Source: Solirubrobacterales bacterium (lineage in GTDB: Bacteria > Actinomycetota > Thermoleophilia > Solirubrobacterales > 70-9). Taken from it: a DNA stretch of 64,000 nucleotides. Every line of letters starts with the position of its first letter. The first letter of the stretch is position 1. The notes under the pieces are model-generated. The model did no database searches. It was not told where the DNA came from and worked only from the letters and a program-made list of their open reading frames with translations. Shown piece after piece: positions 8,913 through 17,785 of this stretch. Where the stretch lies: the NCBI GenBank assembly GCA_050697075.1, contig JBOGZC010000003.1, positions 846 to 64,845 on the forward strand. The letters run 5' to 3'. A program made the translations under genes and the position numbers.

Positions 8913-9365
8913 GTGCCTCGCGGATACGCTTTCGCCATCGACTCGGAAGCGACCCGGCCCCAAGTAGCCGCGCAGCTTCGCCTGTCCGATGCACGCAAGG
9001 CTCGGAAGAAGCGCCGACGCTGGATCATCGGCATTGGCCTCGGGCTGCTCCTGTTTGCGGGCCTGTGCTTCGTGTGGCTCCGACCTGCAGCGTTCTTCGA
9101 CGTTGATGGGTCTGCGCTGCAAAGTTCTCTGGCCCGAGAGACAGGTGGAAGCACGTGGGCTGGGACCCATCCCTGCGAGGAGAAGGCCAACGATGTTTGG
9201 CGCTGCGGCATCCTCGATGCTGGTGGCAGCGAAGGCGTTGGGTATCGGCTGACGACTCATGGGCTTGGTTGCTGGGATGCCACTCGCCTGGGTACCGGGT
9301 CAACTGAGGGTGGTACACCGAAGCAAGCATCGGGGTGCGTAGACATGTCCGACATCTCCGGATAG
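8913..9365 (+). CDS. membrane-anchored Cys-containing protein; paralog of 8007..8333
   Basis: Basic stretch plus TM (RRRWIIGIGLGLLLFAGLCFVWL). GCWDATR and SGC motifs shared. Confidence 0.55.
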   Translation: MPRGYAFAIDSEATRPQVAAQLRLSDARKARKKRRRWIIGIGLGLLLFAGLCFVWLRPAAFFDVDGSALQSSLARETGGSTWAGTHPCEEKANDVWRCGILDAGGSEGVGYRLTTHGLGCWDATRLGTGSTEGGTPKQASGCVDMSDISG

Positions 9366-9374
9366 CGGCGAGCG

Positions 9375-9824
9375 ATGCGGAGTGTGGTCGCACTCGGAGC
9401 GGTGTTGGGCATCGCGTTGGCAATCGCCTCGTGCGGGGGTGGCTCGACCACGACCACCACAAGCGCCCAGAGTGCGCCGTTGGTGGCGAACGAGAAGGTG
9501 GCTCAGGCCAAGGAGAGGCTCATCCGTCTCGGATACAAGGTGGCCGTTCAGCCCGTACCAGCCAAGGACACAAAGCCGGGGCGGGTGGTTGCACAAACTC
9601 CCGATCCGGTAACCGAGTCCGTTTCCAAAGGTCAGACAGTGACTCTGGAGGTCAGCACTGGGCCGCCATCACCGTCGCCGTTCAGGGCGAGAATCAGCGT
9701 AGCCAGCGACGACATCTCCAGCGACCTCGTCTACCCGGTTACCAATGAGTGCCGCATCTTGAACAACTACACGAAGATGACGGTCTACGCCGGAGCCGAC
9801 CCCGAAGAAGCCGGACGAGAGTAG
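9375..9824 (+). CDS. lipoprotein with a PASTA domain
   Basis: Lipobox LAIASCGG. PASTA-like ...AKERLIRLGYKV...PGRVVAQTPDP...KGQTVTLEVSTGP. Confidence 0.7.
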   Translation: MRSVVALGAVLGIALAIASCGGGSTTTTTSAQSAPLVANEKVAQAKERLIRLGYKVAVQPVPAKDTKPGRVVAQTPDPVTESVSKGQTVTLEVSTGPPSPSPFRARISVASDDISSDLVYPVTNECRILNNYTKMTVYAGADPEEAGRE

Positions 9825-9827
9825 GAT
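9822..9827 (+). promoter_or_regulatory. -10 box TAGGAT, 7 nt upstream of ATG 9835 (leaderless)
   Basis: TANNNT hexamer with no room for an SD. Confidence 0.4.
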
Positions 9828-9834
9828 CGGCTAC

Positions 9835-10254
9835 ATGAGACGAACAAGCGTGTACTGGCTGGGTCCGCTGGGCACCGTCGCCGTGACGCTGATCTTGGCT
9901 GGATCCGGTCATGCGGCGTCTACTGGAGTGCAGGTCGTCGTAGGCGGAAAGACAATTGCCGAGCGGATTACTTTGACTCGGCACTTGAGACAGGCAAAGT
10001 TCCGGTTGCGTGCTCACGGGGGCGATGACGTTAGTAGGTACTGCGCGAGATTTAGGTTCGAGCGATTCAGGAATGGGCACTGGTTCAAGGTTGGCGGGGA
10101 GGTGCGAGACTGCATAGGGCAGGCCCCAAACCCGCGAGTCCACTACGACTCATTCCTCTATCCCCGCAAACGCCGGATACGTCAGCTGCGGCGCGGCGAC
10201 GCGCGCCTTTACGCATCCACGAGCCTCGGGCCCTCGTTGTTCTTGCGGTTGTGA
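9835..10254 (+). CDS. secreted hypothetical protein
   Basis: Signal peptide ...VAVTLILAGSGHA. 139-aa ORF. Confidence 0.5.
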   Translation: MRRTSVYWLGPLGTVAVTLILAGSGHAASTGVQVVVGGKTIAERITLTRHLRQAKFRLRAHGGDDVSRYCARFRFERFRNGHWFKVGGEVRDCIGQAPNPRVHYDSFLYPRKRRIRQLRRGDARLYASTSLGPSLFLRL

Positions 10255-10411
10255 TTCATTCCCCCTCTGGATCAGGGTCTATTACGGCTAGCTGAGAGCG
10301 AGCAGAGCTCCAAGACCCCGGGGACAATTGTCGGGCTCGGTCGACATCGTGCCTCCGAGTCTGGCGAGCCGCTCGATTATCGCCGATGCGGTGCCGCCGC
10401 CAAGATGGGGT

Positions 10412-10417
10412 TAGACT
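10412..10417 (+). promoter_or_regulatory. -10 box TAGACT, 7 nt upstream of ATG 10425 (leaderless)
   Basis: TANNNT hexamer immediately before an in-frame ATG that precedes a TM helix. Confidence 0.35.
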
Positions 10418-10424
10418 TCCATAC

Positions 10425-10610
10425 ATGCTCCGCTTACGTCGCGTGATGGTTCTCTTTGTCGCCGCGGCTATCCTCACCTTGGGTGTCTGGGGCGTTGCTC
10501 AAGTGTTTGAGGAGGATCCGGTAACGACCCCGCCGTCAAAGAAGGTCGACCGTGCTGTTCACGCACTGGCGCCGGAACAAAGTTTGCATATCCGCGAGGG
10601 TGATCAGTAA
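10425..10610 (+). CDS. small membrane-anchored protein (61 aa)
   Basis: MLRLRRVMVLFVAAAILTLGVWGVA... signal-anchor. Confidence 0.4.
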   Translation: MLRLRRVMVLFVAAAILTLGVWGVAQVFEEDPVTTPPSKKVDRAVHALAPEQSLHIREGDQ

Positions 10611-10690
10611 GGACAGGCGAGTCGGACCAGAATCAGGTGGACCGTGCGCCAGGTGAGGTGGCTGCGACGGTCCACCCGATTCCGCAACTG

Positions 10691-10990
10691 CTAGGCGCAG
10701 AGCGTCCCATAGTTGGTGATCTTGAACGATTCCCAACCCCCGCCGCCAGAGGAAGGATCTTCCTCGTCCGGGTTCAGTGTGACGACTCCGGGCCCGCCAC
10801 CGCCAATGAAGTAGCTGAGTTGTAGGCAGCGGTTGCCAAACCTGTTCTTCGCCGACCACTTGCTGGTATTGACGAAGTTATGCCAGCCCGTTCCACCCAG
10901 CGAACCGTCGAGATCTCGCTCGGCGCCCGAGTACCCGCTATGGGCCCACACACAGGCGTTCCCATCGGCGCACCCGGGCCCGTCGGCCAC
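10691..10990 (-). CDS. peptidase-inhibitor I36 / beta-gamma-crystallin-like small secreted protein
   Basis: Cys pattern C..G.C.W....YSG...............N...S...N......C...Y...........C. The upstream in-frame hydrophobic stretch lacks a canonical start (see findings). Confidence 0.45.
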   Translation of the reverse strand: MADGPGCADGNACVWAHSGYSGAERDLDGSLGGTGWHNFVNTSKWSAKNRFGNRCLQLSYFIGGGGPGVVTLNPDEEDPSSGGGGWESFKITNYGTLCA

Positions 10991-11264
10991 AGCGACCGGC
11001 GCGGAGACGAGGATGACGGCAGACGCTAAGCAGACCCCTCGGGGAATGGTCGGCCGTGGAGGCTTGGAGCCGCTGTTGCTCTCGCCAAAGCACTCGCCCG
11101 GAGGGCGACCAGCGACTCGCTGCGCAGGATCATTCGGAGCCCCAACCTGAGCCCGCGATAGGGAGTCCTAACGCAACGATGCGTCAGCGGGTCAAGGAAG
11201 GAAGGGTATTACTGAAATCACGCCGCTCAGGATGAGGTTGGCACGGCGGCCGGGGCCGCGGGTA

Positions 11265-11270
11265 TAGGCT
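11265..11270 (+). promoter_or_regulatory. -10 box TAGGCT, 7 nt upstream of ATG 11278 (leaderless)
   Basis: Same box and context as 8357. Confidence 0.45.
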
Positions 11271-11277
11271 CGCGCCG

Positions 11278-11751
11278 ATGCGGAGGGTGGTCGGGTTAGC
11301 GATGGTCGTGGCCGCGCTCGGGTGGGCCGGGTGCGGGGATTCCGACCACGTGATCACGACGGGTCCGATCCCGACGGTTGCTGGCTACTTCGCTGCTGAA
11401 GCCACCGAGGACTTCCCACGAGCGTGCGACTACTTGACGCCTGGGCGTCAGGCTGAGTTGGTGAAGGCAGCACAGAGTCTCCGACCAAAGAGCCAGGCCG
11501 CCCAAGTTACGTCGTGCCCAGACGCGCTGAGCTTCATCTTTAGAACGCCGGGTCTTCACCACGTCGTGGCGAACCCCCAAGGATTCAGCGCCAACATCAA
11601 CCCAGCGTCGGCCAGAGTCGTCGCAGAGAGTACGACCAGCGACGGCAGGAAGTCCACGACCCAGTACCACGTGGTGACCACCAAAGACGGGTGGAAGATC
11701 GCAGTCGATAGCGGGGCGACCAATGCAACAGCCCGCGTCGCTCCGCCTTAG
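11278..11751 (+). CDS. lipoprotein, paralog of 8369..8839
   Basis: MRRVVGLAMVVAALGWAGCG lipobox. ...TKDGWKIAVD tail. Confidence 0.7.
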   Translation: MRRVVGLAMVVAALGWAGCGDSDHVITTGPIPTVAGYFAAEATEDFPRACDYLTPGRQAELVKAAQSLRPKSQAAQVTSCPDALSFIFRTPGLHHVVANPQGFSANINPASARVVAESTTSDGRKSTTQYHVVTTKDGWKIAVDSGATNATARVAPP

Positions 11752-11815
11752 CCAAGGCCCGTCAGACGGCCGGGTCAAAGCGTCTGGGCGCGGCGCTATC
11801 GGTAGCCCCGACTCA

Positions 11816-11871
11816 GGATCTCTGAGAGTCCCACCGGAGCCATTCGATACGAGTCCCCAAGGAGGGGTTGC
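11816..11871. repeat. ~55-bp intergenic repeat, copy 1 (GGATCTCTgAGAGTCCCACCGGAGCCATTCGATA.GAGT....AGGA.GGGTTGC)
   Basis: Near-identical copies at 13406 and 16125; a diverged copy at 21684. Confidence 0.8.
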
Positions 11872-11882
11872 CTCAGTCCAGC

Positions 11883-11905
11883 GGCCTCAAGCCGGGCTGA
11901 GGACC
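11883..11905. repeat. 23-nt repeat GGCCTCAAGCCGGGCTGAGGACC (small hairpin CCTCA/TGAGG), copy 1
   Basis: Identical to 18317..18339, where it encodes the last codons and stop of 17798..18334. Confidence 0.75.
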
Positions 11906-11954
11906 CCGGACGGTTCCAACCCCGAGCTTCAATGCGTTTATCGCCCCGGATATC

Positions 11955-12476
11955 GTGTGCGGCAGACGCATCATGGGAAGCGCCGTCCACTCACCGCCGA
12001 GGGCTCAGGAGCGTGCCGACCGATGGGCTGGCAGGCGGATCAACGCACCGGCCGTCGCCTGCGCCGCTCTTGGAGCCTGCATGGTCTTCGCATCGCTCTT
12101 CTTGCCGCGCGTCTCCTCGGTCTCCTTCCCGCATAACGACCTGCCTGAGAACACCTTGATCCACTGGGGATGGGCTGGTCCGGTCTTGATCGCGATGACG
12201 GTCGTGTTGTTCATCCTGGTCTTCCTTGCGACGTTCGAGCGAGGATGGGCCTGGCTCTTGGCCTTCGTCGGAGTGGCTGCCGTCGCGTTGGCGATCTACG
12301 CCGGAACGGGCACCAGATCGAACGTCGAGTACGTGTCCAACGGTGTTGACGATTACGCTGGGGTGCGCTCGGACCTCGCCCACGGAAACCCAAGCTTCGG
12401 CATCTACCTGCTCGGGGTTGGCGGTCTCACCGCCGCGATTGGCGCTCTCCTGCTCGGCCGATCTCGGTCGGCCTGA
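11955..12476 (+). CDS. multi-pass membrane protein
   Basis: Four hydrophobic helices. Start uncertain (GTG 11955 or ATG 11973). Confidence 0.6.
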   Translation: MCGRRIMGSAVHSPPRAQERADRWAGRRINAPAVACAALGACMVFASLFLPRVSSVSFPHNDLPENTLIHWGWAGPVLIAMTVVLFILVFLATFERGWAWLLAFVGVAAVALAIYAGTGTRSNVEYVSNGVDDYAGVRSDLAHGNPSFGIYLLGVGGLTAAIGALLLGRSRSA

Positions 12477-12503
12477 GGATCTCTAGGAATCCTCTTCGGC
12501 TTC

Positions 12504-13070
12504 CTAGTGGGCAACCCGCCGAAGAGCCGGAGCTTGGCAGGGAAGGTGCCCGCCGAGAGAGCCGGAAACCGGTTCGGGCAGCGTATCCGGCTTGATGTCA
12601 TCGCTGACCCGCCGCAGCGAGTGGATTACGGCCGTCGTGCCGCCACCGAAGATGACTACGGTCGTGCGCCCCGTGTAGACATCTAATCCGCCGCCCGCAG
12701 GGAGCGTCTCCGCTCCGCCGACTGGTGAGGTCTTGGGAGTGCGTCCAGGATAGATCGCGGCGAAGCGCGCGCAGACGCTCCAGTTCTGTATGTCCAAAGG
12801 CGGGGGGCAACTGGGCTGCTCGCCACCGGTAGGCGTGCAGTTGCCGTAGATGAAGTCCCAGGTCTCATGGCCGAACTCGGGTCTCGCGAGAACGTCTGTG
12901 AGCCGCAGCCCTCGGAAGGAGTTGCCCAGGTAGTAGAGCGTGTAGTGATCGAAAGACCTGGCTCGGTCCAATTCGCGGTCGGCCGCGCGCGGAGTCCTCG
13001 AATCCGACTGACCGCATGCCGAGAGCACGACCATCACCCACAGCGCCAATCCAATGGCGATTGACCTCAC
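12504..13070 (-). CDS. lipoprotein, unknown function
   Basis: MRSIAIGLALWVMVVLSACG lipobox. 188 aa. Confidence 0.65.
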   Translation of the reverse strand: MRSIAIGLALWVMVVLSACGQSDSRTPRAADRELDRARSFDHYTLYYLGNSFRGLRLTDVLARPEFGHETWDFIYGNCTPTGGEQPSCPPPLDIQNWSVCARFAAIYPGRTPKTSPVGGAETLPAGGGLDVYTGRTTVVIFGGGTTAVIHSLRRVSDDIKPDTLPEPVSGSLGGHLPCQAPALRRVAH

Positions 13071-13349
13071 GAGTTGATCCTCTCACCGCGAAAGGCGGCG
13101 TGCTACGGCGAAGCCCCAACGCGGTTCGCGTACCCCCCCAGGTCCCTGACGATGCAGACAAGGCGCTGAAGGCTAGGTGCCCCGGTGCCGTAACCCCCAA
13201 GAGCCCAACGGCGGCCGCAAGTCCTGCGCGTCCTCGCCCCATCTCCAGCTTCCCACGCCCTAGCGCTCTCGCAGGAAATGCTGAGGACCACATCCATGCC
13301 ATCACCCAACTTGTGCGATCAGTCCCTTTCGGACTCTACGCAGCCGCAC

Positions 13350-13378
13350 CAAGCGGGCAGCCGATACCTCCTGGCTGA
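13350..13378 (+). other. fossil 3' end of a TolB-like paralog
   Basis: caagcgggcagccgatacctcctggctga versus caagctggcagccgacacctcctggctga at 21631..21659 (26/29). Followed by the same 55-bp repeat family. Confidence 0.6.
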
Positions 13379-13405
13379 GCCAGGCCGTCGCCCAGCTCGG
13401 CCCAA

Positions 13406-13461
13406 GGATCTCTAAGAGTCCCACCGGAGCCATTCGATAGGAGTTCACGAGGAAGGGTTGC
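13406..13461. repeat. ~55-bp intergenic repeat, copy 2
   Basis: See 11816..11871. Confidence 0.8.
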
Positions 13462-13581
13462 ATCCCGCCTCCACCATGCTGCCCGATGCGGCAACGCACG
13501 GCTGGGGCCATGGTCCGGTTCCGTTCTGACTGCGTGCCCCGCTCGTGTGGAGTTACTCCAGACCGGAAGCGCTGTCCGGCT

Positions 13582-13587
13582 TACACT
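13582..13587 (+). promoter_or_regulatory. -10 box TACACT, 6 nt upstream of GTG 13594 (leaderless)
   Basis: TTACACTCGCGCTGTGA motif. Confidence 0.45.
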
Positions 13588-13593
13588 CGCGCT

Positions 13594-14055
13594 GTGACGC
13601 GGATCGCGAAGCTCGGACTCGTGCTGGTGACCATCGTCGCCGCCGCTGCGCTCGTGGCGGGGTACCTGGCCATCCGCGACACCACGACCGTCGTCCACAG
13701 CATCGACTGCGACCTGGACAACCCGCCAGCGGACTGCGCGTCGGAATCAGACCCCTATCAGATTCGTCAGGTGGTGGACCGGTTCAATGCTGCGGCCAGC
13801 GGCCCAGACGCCGAGATCCTCTGTGGCGAGGTCCTACCGCCGTCCTCTCTCCATGTGCCGGTTGACGACTGCACTCAGAAGCTCGGTCCAGTAATGGAGC
13901 AGAACCCAGGCGATTGGAGGCGGATCACGGACATATCGCGCATCAAGGTGCACGGCGACCGGGCAAACGCGACGGTAGCCAAGGCGGCCGGACAGCCATT
14001 CGAGGCCACATTCGTCCGCGAGGACGGTCACTGGTATATGCAGGTCTTCGACTAG
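13594..14055 (+). CDS. membrane-anchored NTF2-like protein
   Basis: VTRIAKLGLVLVTIVAAAALVAGYL anchor. ...IKVHGDRANATV...ATFVREDGHWYMQVFD tail. Confidence 0.6.
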   Translation: MTRIAKLGLVLVTIVAAAALVAGYLAIRDTTTVVHSIDCDLDNPPADCASESDPYQIRQVVDRFNAAASGPDAEILCGEVLPPSSLHVPVDDCTQKLGPVMEQNPGDWRRITDISRIKVHGDRANATVAKAAGQPFEATFVREDGHWYMQVFD

Positions 14056-14113
14056 GGAGCCCTCCGTGAGTGCCCGTCGCATGGGGCCGTTGACGAGCGC
14101 CTCTCTGGTCGGT

Positions 14114-14119
14114 TAGGTT
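14114..14119 (+). promoter_or_regulatory. -10 box TAGGTT, 6 nt upstream of GTG 14126 (leaderless)
   Basis: Same geometry as 15212 and 17786, ahead of genes sharing the first ~33 nt. Confidence 0.45.
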
Positions 14120-14125
14120 CCGCTC

Positions 14126-14695
14126 GTGCTCAGACGGCTAGCGATCCTCGGGGCGGGGATCGGGTTGGTCGCCGGTGTGCTCTCAACCGTCGTGGCTGGC
14201 GCTGATTCCACCGGCACTAGCCCCTCAGCCAGAGCTACGAGCGTGGCCTTTGTTCGTGCCTTGGCCCATGGCCAGTTCCCGCGCGCCTGTCGCCTCGAAA
14301 CGAAGGCCGCGCGTCGCGGTAAGCGGTGCGAGGATCTGCACCCTCCCGGCACTAGCTGCCCGGTACAGATCATTGGCGAGCCGATCCCCCACTTCAGGGC
14401 GCGAAGGCCGAATCACCAGGTGCGCAGTCTCCGGATCGGAGAGCGTCACGCCACGGCGCGGCTGAGGTCACAGCTTCGAAGGAGGCGACGAATCGTGGCC
14501 CGCCTCATCCTCAGACGAGCGGAGCACCATTGGCGGATCAGCGGAGTTCGCCATAACGGACGGCACTACGACCTCCTCCTGGTCGGCAAGCCGTTCGGGA
14601 GCCCTGCCGAACTTCGAGCGAGCAGGCTCTTCGATGCCCTCTTCCCCAGTCCCTGCGAGCGGCCCGTCTTCCCCCATCGACACCACCCTGGTTGA
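14126..14695 (+). CDS. secreted hypothetical protein, LRRLAILGAG family member 1
   Basis: N-terminus (V)LRRLAILGAGIGLVAGVLS shared with 15224 and 17798. Confidence 0.55.
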   Translation: MLRRLAILGAGIGLVAGVLSTVVAGADSTGTSPSARATSVAFVRALAHGQFPRACRLETKAARRGKRCEDLHPPGTSCPVQIIGEPIPHFRARRPNHQVRSLRIGERHATARLRSQLRRRRRIVARLILRRAEHHWRISGVRHNGRHYDLLLVGKPFGSPAELRASRLFDALFPSPCERPVFPHRHHPG

Positions 14696-14705
14696 TGGCC
14701 TAGCG

Positions 14706-15206
14706 ATGCAGAACGAAGGCGTCCTTCAAGAGCGAATAGGGCTGGTTCTCCTGTGGTCCGTTCCGGCCGTGCTCTTCGCGGCCGCGACTTTCGAGCTTGT
14801 CCTCTTGGTCGGGCTGGTCAGCTACCACGGTGGGCAGTCGGGCGATGGCATCAGCGGCGAACGCGCGGTCGCAGGCGTGGCGGCGCTGGCGATGCTTGTT
14901 GGCGCGGCCTTGGCTGGTGTCCATGCGACCCGCCCGTGGCGTCCATCGGCGGTCGCGCTCTTTGCTCCAGCAGCCGCGGCGTTCATGGTCACGAGGTTCT
15001 ACACCTACGATCCCTACTACCTGCCAACCCTGCGGCGCTACTCCGATGGCGGAGCAATATCGCCTACCTGGATCCTTACTCTGCTTGCGGTTTCGATTGG
15101 CGTAGGCGTTCTAACTCGTCTCTCTCCGCGCCTTGGCAGCCTTGCCACGGCCCTGACCTTGCTCCTGGTGCTGGTCACGTTCACGCTCGCATCAGACGGC
15201 CACTAG
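14706..15206 (+). CDS. multi-pass membrane protein, paralog of 3..296
   Basis: Start at MQNEGV just after the upstream stop. C-terminal half nearly identical to the window-edge ORF. Confidence 0.65.
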   Translation: MQNEGVLQERIGLVLLWSVPAVLFAAATFELVLLVGLVSYHGGQSGDGISGERAVAGVAALAMLVGAALAGVHATRPWRPSAVALFAPAAAAFMVTRFYTYDPYYLPTLRRYSDGGAISPTWILTLLAVSIGVGVLTRLSPRLGSLATALTLLLVLVTFTLASDGH

Positions 15207-15211
15207 CGCGG

Positions 15212-15217
15212 TAGGCT
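15212..15217 (+). promoter_or_regulatory. -10 box TAGGCT, 6 nt upstream of GTG 15224 (leaderless)
   Basis: See 14114. Confidence 0.45.
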
Positions 15218-15223
15218 CACCCC

Positions 15224-16102
15224 GTGCTCAGACGGCTAGCGATCCTCGGGGCGGGGATTGCCTTGGTAGTGGGCCAGCTCGCGCTGTGCCCAGGTACGGG
15301 TACCAGCGAGCCGTCCTCGGCCATGCGGGTCCCGCGGCACGGGTTCTTGGTAGGCGATTACTCAGGGCACCTACGGATCTTGAATCGCCATGGCGACCCG
15401 ATCCGCAAGGTGAGTGGCTTGTTTGGTCGATACGGACCCCAGGCGATCGCCCTTGGTCGAGACCGGAGACACGCCTTCGTGTCAATCGAGCGCGGCGATC
15501 GACTTCCGGCCCTGTACCAGGTGGATCTCGCCAGTGGTGCGAAGCGGCTGATCGCCCACGGGATCAGCCCGATCGTGAGCCCGCACCGCATCCGACTGGC
15601 CTACCTCTCAGTTGTGCGCCACAACGACATTCAGTACAAGGACGCACTCGTCATCCGCAACCTGAAAACCGGCGATGAGCGACGGGTCTCGCTCGGCTCG
15701 GACATCGTCTATGGCACGCCGCCCGAGAACATCATCAGCTGGTCACTGGACGGGAAACGGATCGCCTTCGACGATGACTCGATTCGGCAGATCCGGCTCG
15801 GGGCCACACACAACCCGATCTCAAACCCGCTGGCGCCGCGGTACTGGACGGCGCCCGCGTTCCTCGATTCGCAGGTGCTCGTAGCGCTTGCCAACTGCTG
15901 GATCGGCCGACATCAGCACCTGATGGGTATCGATCGCGCAGGGCACCGCCATCCGTTCGCCACCCTTGGTGCCCCGCCCGAGAATCTCCTCAGGCTGAGA
16001 CCAGGACATCTCCTGGCTGTGACGGCTCTCTACCGGCTGACGTTGGTCTCGGACCATCACACTCGCGAGGTCGCCCGGGGCGTTACCGCGGCTGCCCGCT
16101 GA
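15224..16102 (+). CDS. secreted beta-propeller-like protein, LRRLAILGAG family member 2
   Basis: Shared N-terminus. TolB-like strings (ISWSLDGKRIAFDDD). Confidence 0.6.
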   Translation: MLRRLAILGAGIALVVGQLALCPGTGTSEPSSAMRVPRHGFLVGDYSGHLRILNRHGDPIRKVSGLFGRYGPQAIALGRDRRHAFVSIERGDRLPALYQVDLASGAKRLIAHGISPIVSPHRIRLAYLSVVRHNDIQYKDALVIRNLKTGDERRVSLGSDIVYGTPPENIISWSLDGKRIAFDDDSIRQIRLGATHNPISNPLAPRYWTAPAFLDSQVLVALANCWIGRHQHLMGIDRAGHRHPFATLGAPPENLLRLRPGHLLAVTALYRLTLVSDHHTREVARGVTAAAR

Positions 16103-16124
16103 CCGCAGCCAAGAAACCGCTCAG

Positions 16125-16178
16125 GGATCTAAGAGTCCCACCGGAGCCATTCGATAGGAGTTCCCAGGGAAGGGTTGC
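16125..16178. repeat. ~55-bp intergenic repeat, copy 3
   Basis: Lies between convergent genes 15224..16102 and 16207..16386. Confidence 0.8.
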
Positions 16179-16206
16179 GTCAATGGCCCGCTGGACAGCT
16201 GATTCC

Positions 16207-16386
16207 CTACGCCATGCGGCGAGCACGGAGGTCGCTCATTCCCCAAGCGACCATTGGGGCGCCGATGATGATCGACCACATCGGCCCGATGATGAAGCCG
16301 CCGACCTCGACCATGCGATAGATGCTGTCGCCGATCAAAGCGAGGCCAAAGACCAAGAGGAATATCGCCCAAATGCGCCTCCCCAT
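16207..16386 (-). CDS. small two-TM membrane protein (59 aa)
   Basis: MGRRIWAIFLLVFGLALIGDSIYRMVEVGGFIIGPMWSIIIGAPMVAWG... Confidence 0.4.
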   Translation of the reverse strand: MGRRIWAIFLLVFGLALIGDSIYRMVEVGGFIIGPMWSIIIGAPMVAWGMSDLRARRMA

Positions 16387-16408
16387 ACCGGGGCAAGCAT
16401 ACGCCGCA

Positions 16409-17732
16409 CTAGTTGCCGTCAAATCGCGCCACCGCAAAGTCCCGGCCACCGACCTGTTGGGAGACCCCGGCGACGACGATCCCGCCGTCGGGCTGGATCG
16501 CCAGTCCGCTGCCCCAATCCTGGCGGTGGCCATTTTCGAAGCCGATCGCCGCGCGACCGTTTCCTGAGAAGCTGTTGTCAAGATCGCCGTTCGGCAGCAG
16601 GCGGGCTAGCGCGAGGTCGTTGCTGTGGCCCGGCTTAGGGGGCGATTCACCCGCCAGAACGATCTTGCGGTCACCCTGGACTCCAACCGCCAGCGCACCG
16701 CAGTCGTCCACCGTGCCGTGACCTCCAAAGCTCACGGTCTGTTCCCCATCGTTGGAGAACTGGTGGTCGAGGCGTCCGTCGCGATGCAGGCGAAGCGCCG
16801 CGAAGCGGGTGGTTTGAGTCGGGGGACATCGCTCCGGCGACCACGATCTTGCCGTCGGGCTGGAGGGTGACCGGACCCCCGAACTTGTCCTGGTGGCCGA
16901 AGGCGATCGTCACACGACCGTCGCCGCCGAGGCTGTGGTCGAGTTTGCCGCCTGGCAGCAGGCGCGCAACCGCGAACAGTTCACCGGGACCCGTCTGAAA
17001 GGTGGCGCCGGAGACGACGATCCTCCCGTTGGCCTGGATCGTGACCCCTTGCCCGAAGTCGAACCCCTCGTCCGGTCCGGAACCGTGAGGGAACGAGATC
17101 GTCCGCCTCCCGTCTCCGGAGAAGCTGGGATCCAGCCTCCCGTTCGGCGTCAGCCGCGCGGCGACCATCTGGAAGCCGGTGCCGATCTTCGTCCCGACGA
17201 GGACGATTCTGCCGTCGGACTGGATCGCCATCGCCGCGACCTCCAGATTCCCTACCGAGGCGCGGCCATCGCGAGAGAAGCTCGTGTCCAGGGCGCCGTT
17301 TGAGTGGAGCCGGGCCACGACGCCCTGTTCGTTGGAGAACCCCGAGACGATGATCCTGCCGTTGGGCAGGACGGCGACCGCTTCGGCCTCATCCTCGCGC
17401 TGGTGGCCGAACGCGATTGTCTGGAGACCGTTGTCCGAGAAGCTTGGATCGACGCTGCCGTTCGGGTTGACCCGCGCCAGGGCGAAGTCAGCGCCTGAGG
17501 AACTTCGCCTCTTGACCCCCGCGACGACGAGCTTGCCGTTCTGCTGGAGCGCTACGGCGTTGGCGTAGTCGAAACGGGTGCCGAAGTCGATCGTCAACCG
17601 GCCGTCGCCGGAGAACGTCGGATCGAGGTCCCCGGGCGCCGCCCATGCGCTCGCGGCGGCGATCGTGAGTGCCAGGCCGACGACCACTACCGTCGCGCTC
17701 TTAACCCTCCGCGTTCCCGTCTCCCCCAGCAC
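16409..17732 (-). pseudogene. delta-60-repeat beta-propeller protein with one frameshift near 16795-16802
   Basis: Repeats DP(T/S)FSGDGR...G(K/R)I(V/L)VAG...FA(L/V)AR(L/V)..(N/D)G.LD run through 16671..17732. They continue in frame-shifted ORF 16409..16735. Confidence 0.65.
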
Positions 17733-17785
17733 AAGGCGACTCTACCTGCATCGCCACTTCGCTCAAACATCCTGGCCTGCCCGGT

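Noticed and set aside
11796-16396. Minus-strand ORFs 11796..11990, 13302..13511 and 16121..16396, which share the peptide ...SYRMAPVGL...
   Set aside because: The shared peptide is simply the translation of the 55-bp intergenic repeat. The ORFs have no other similarity and no start or RBS context.
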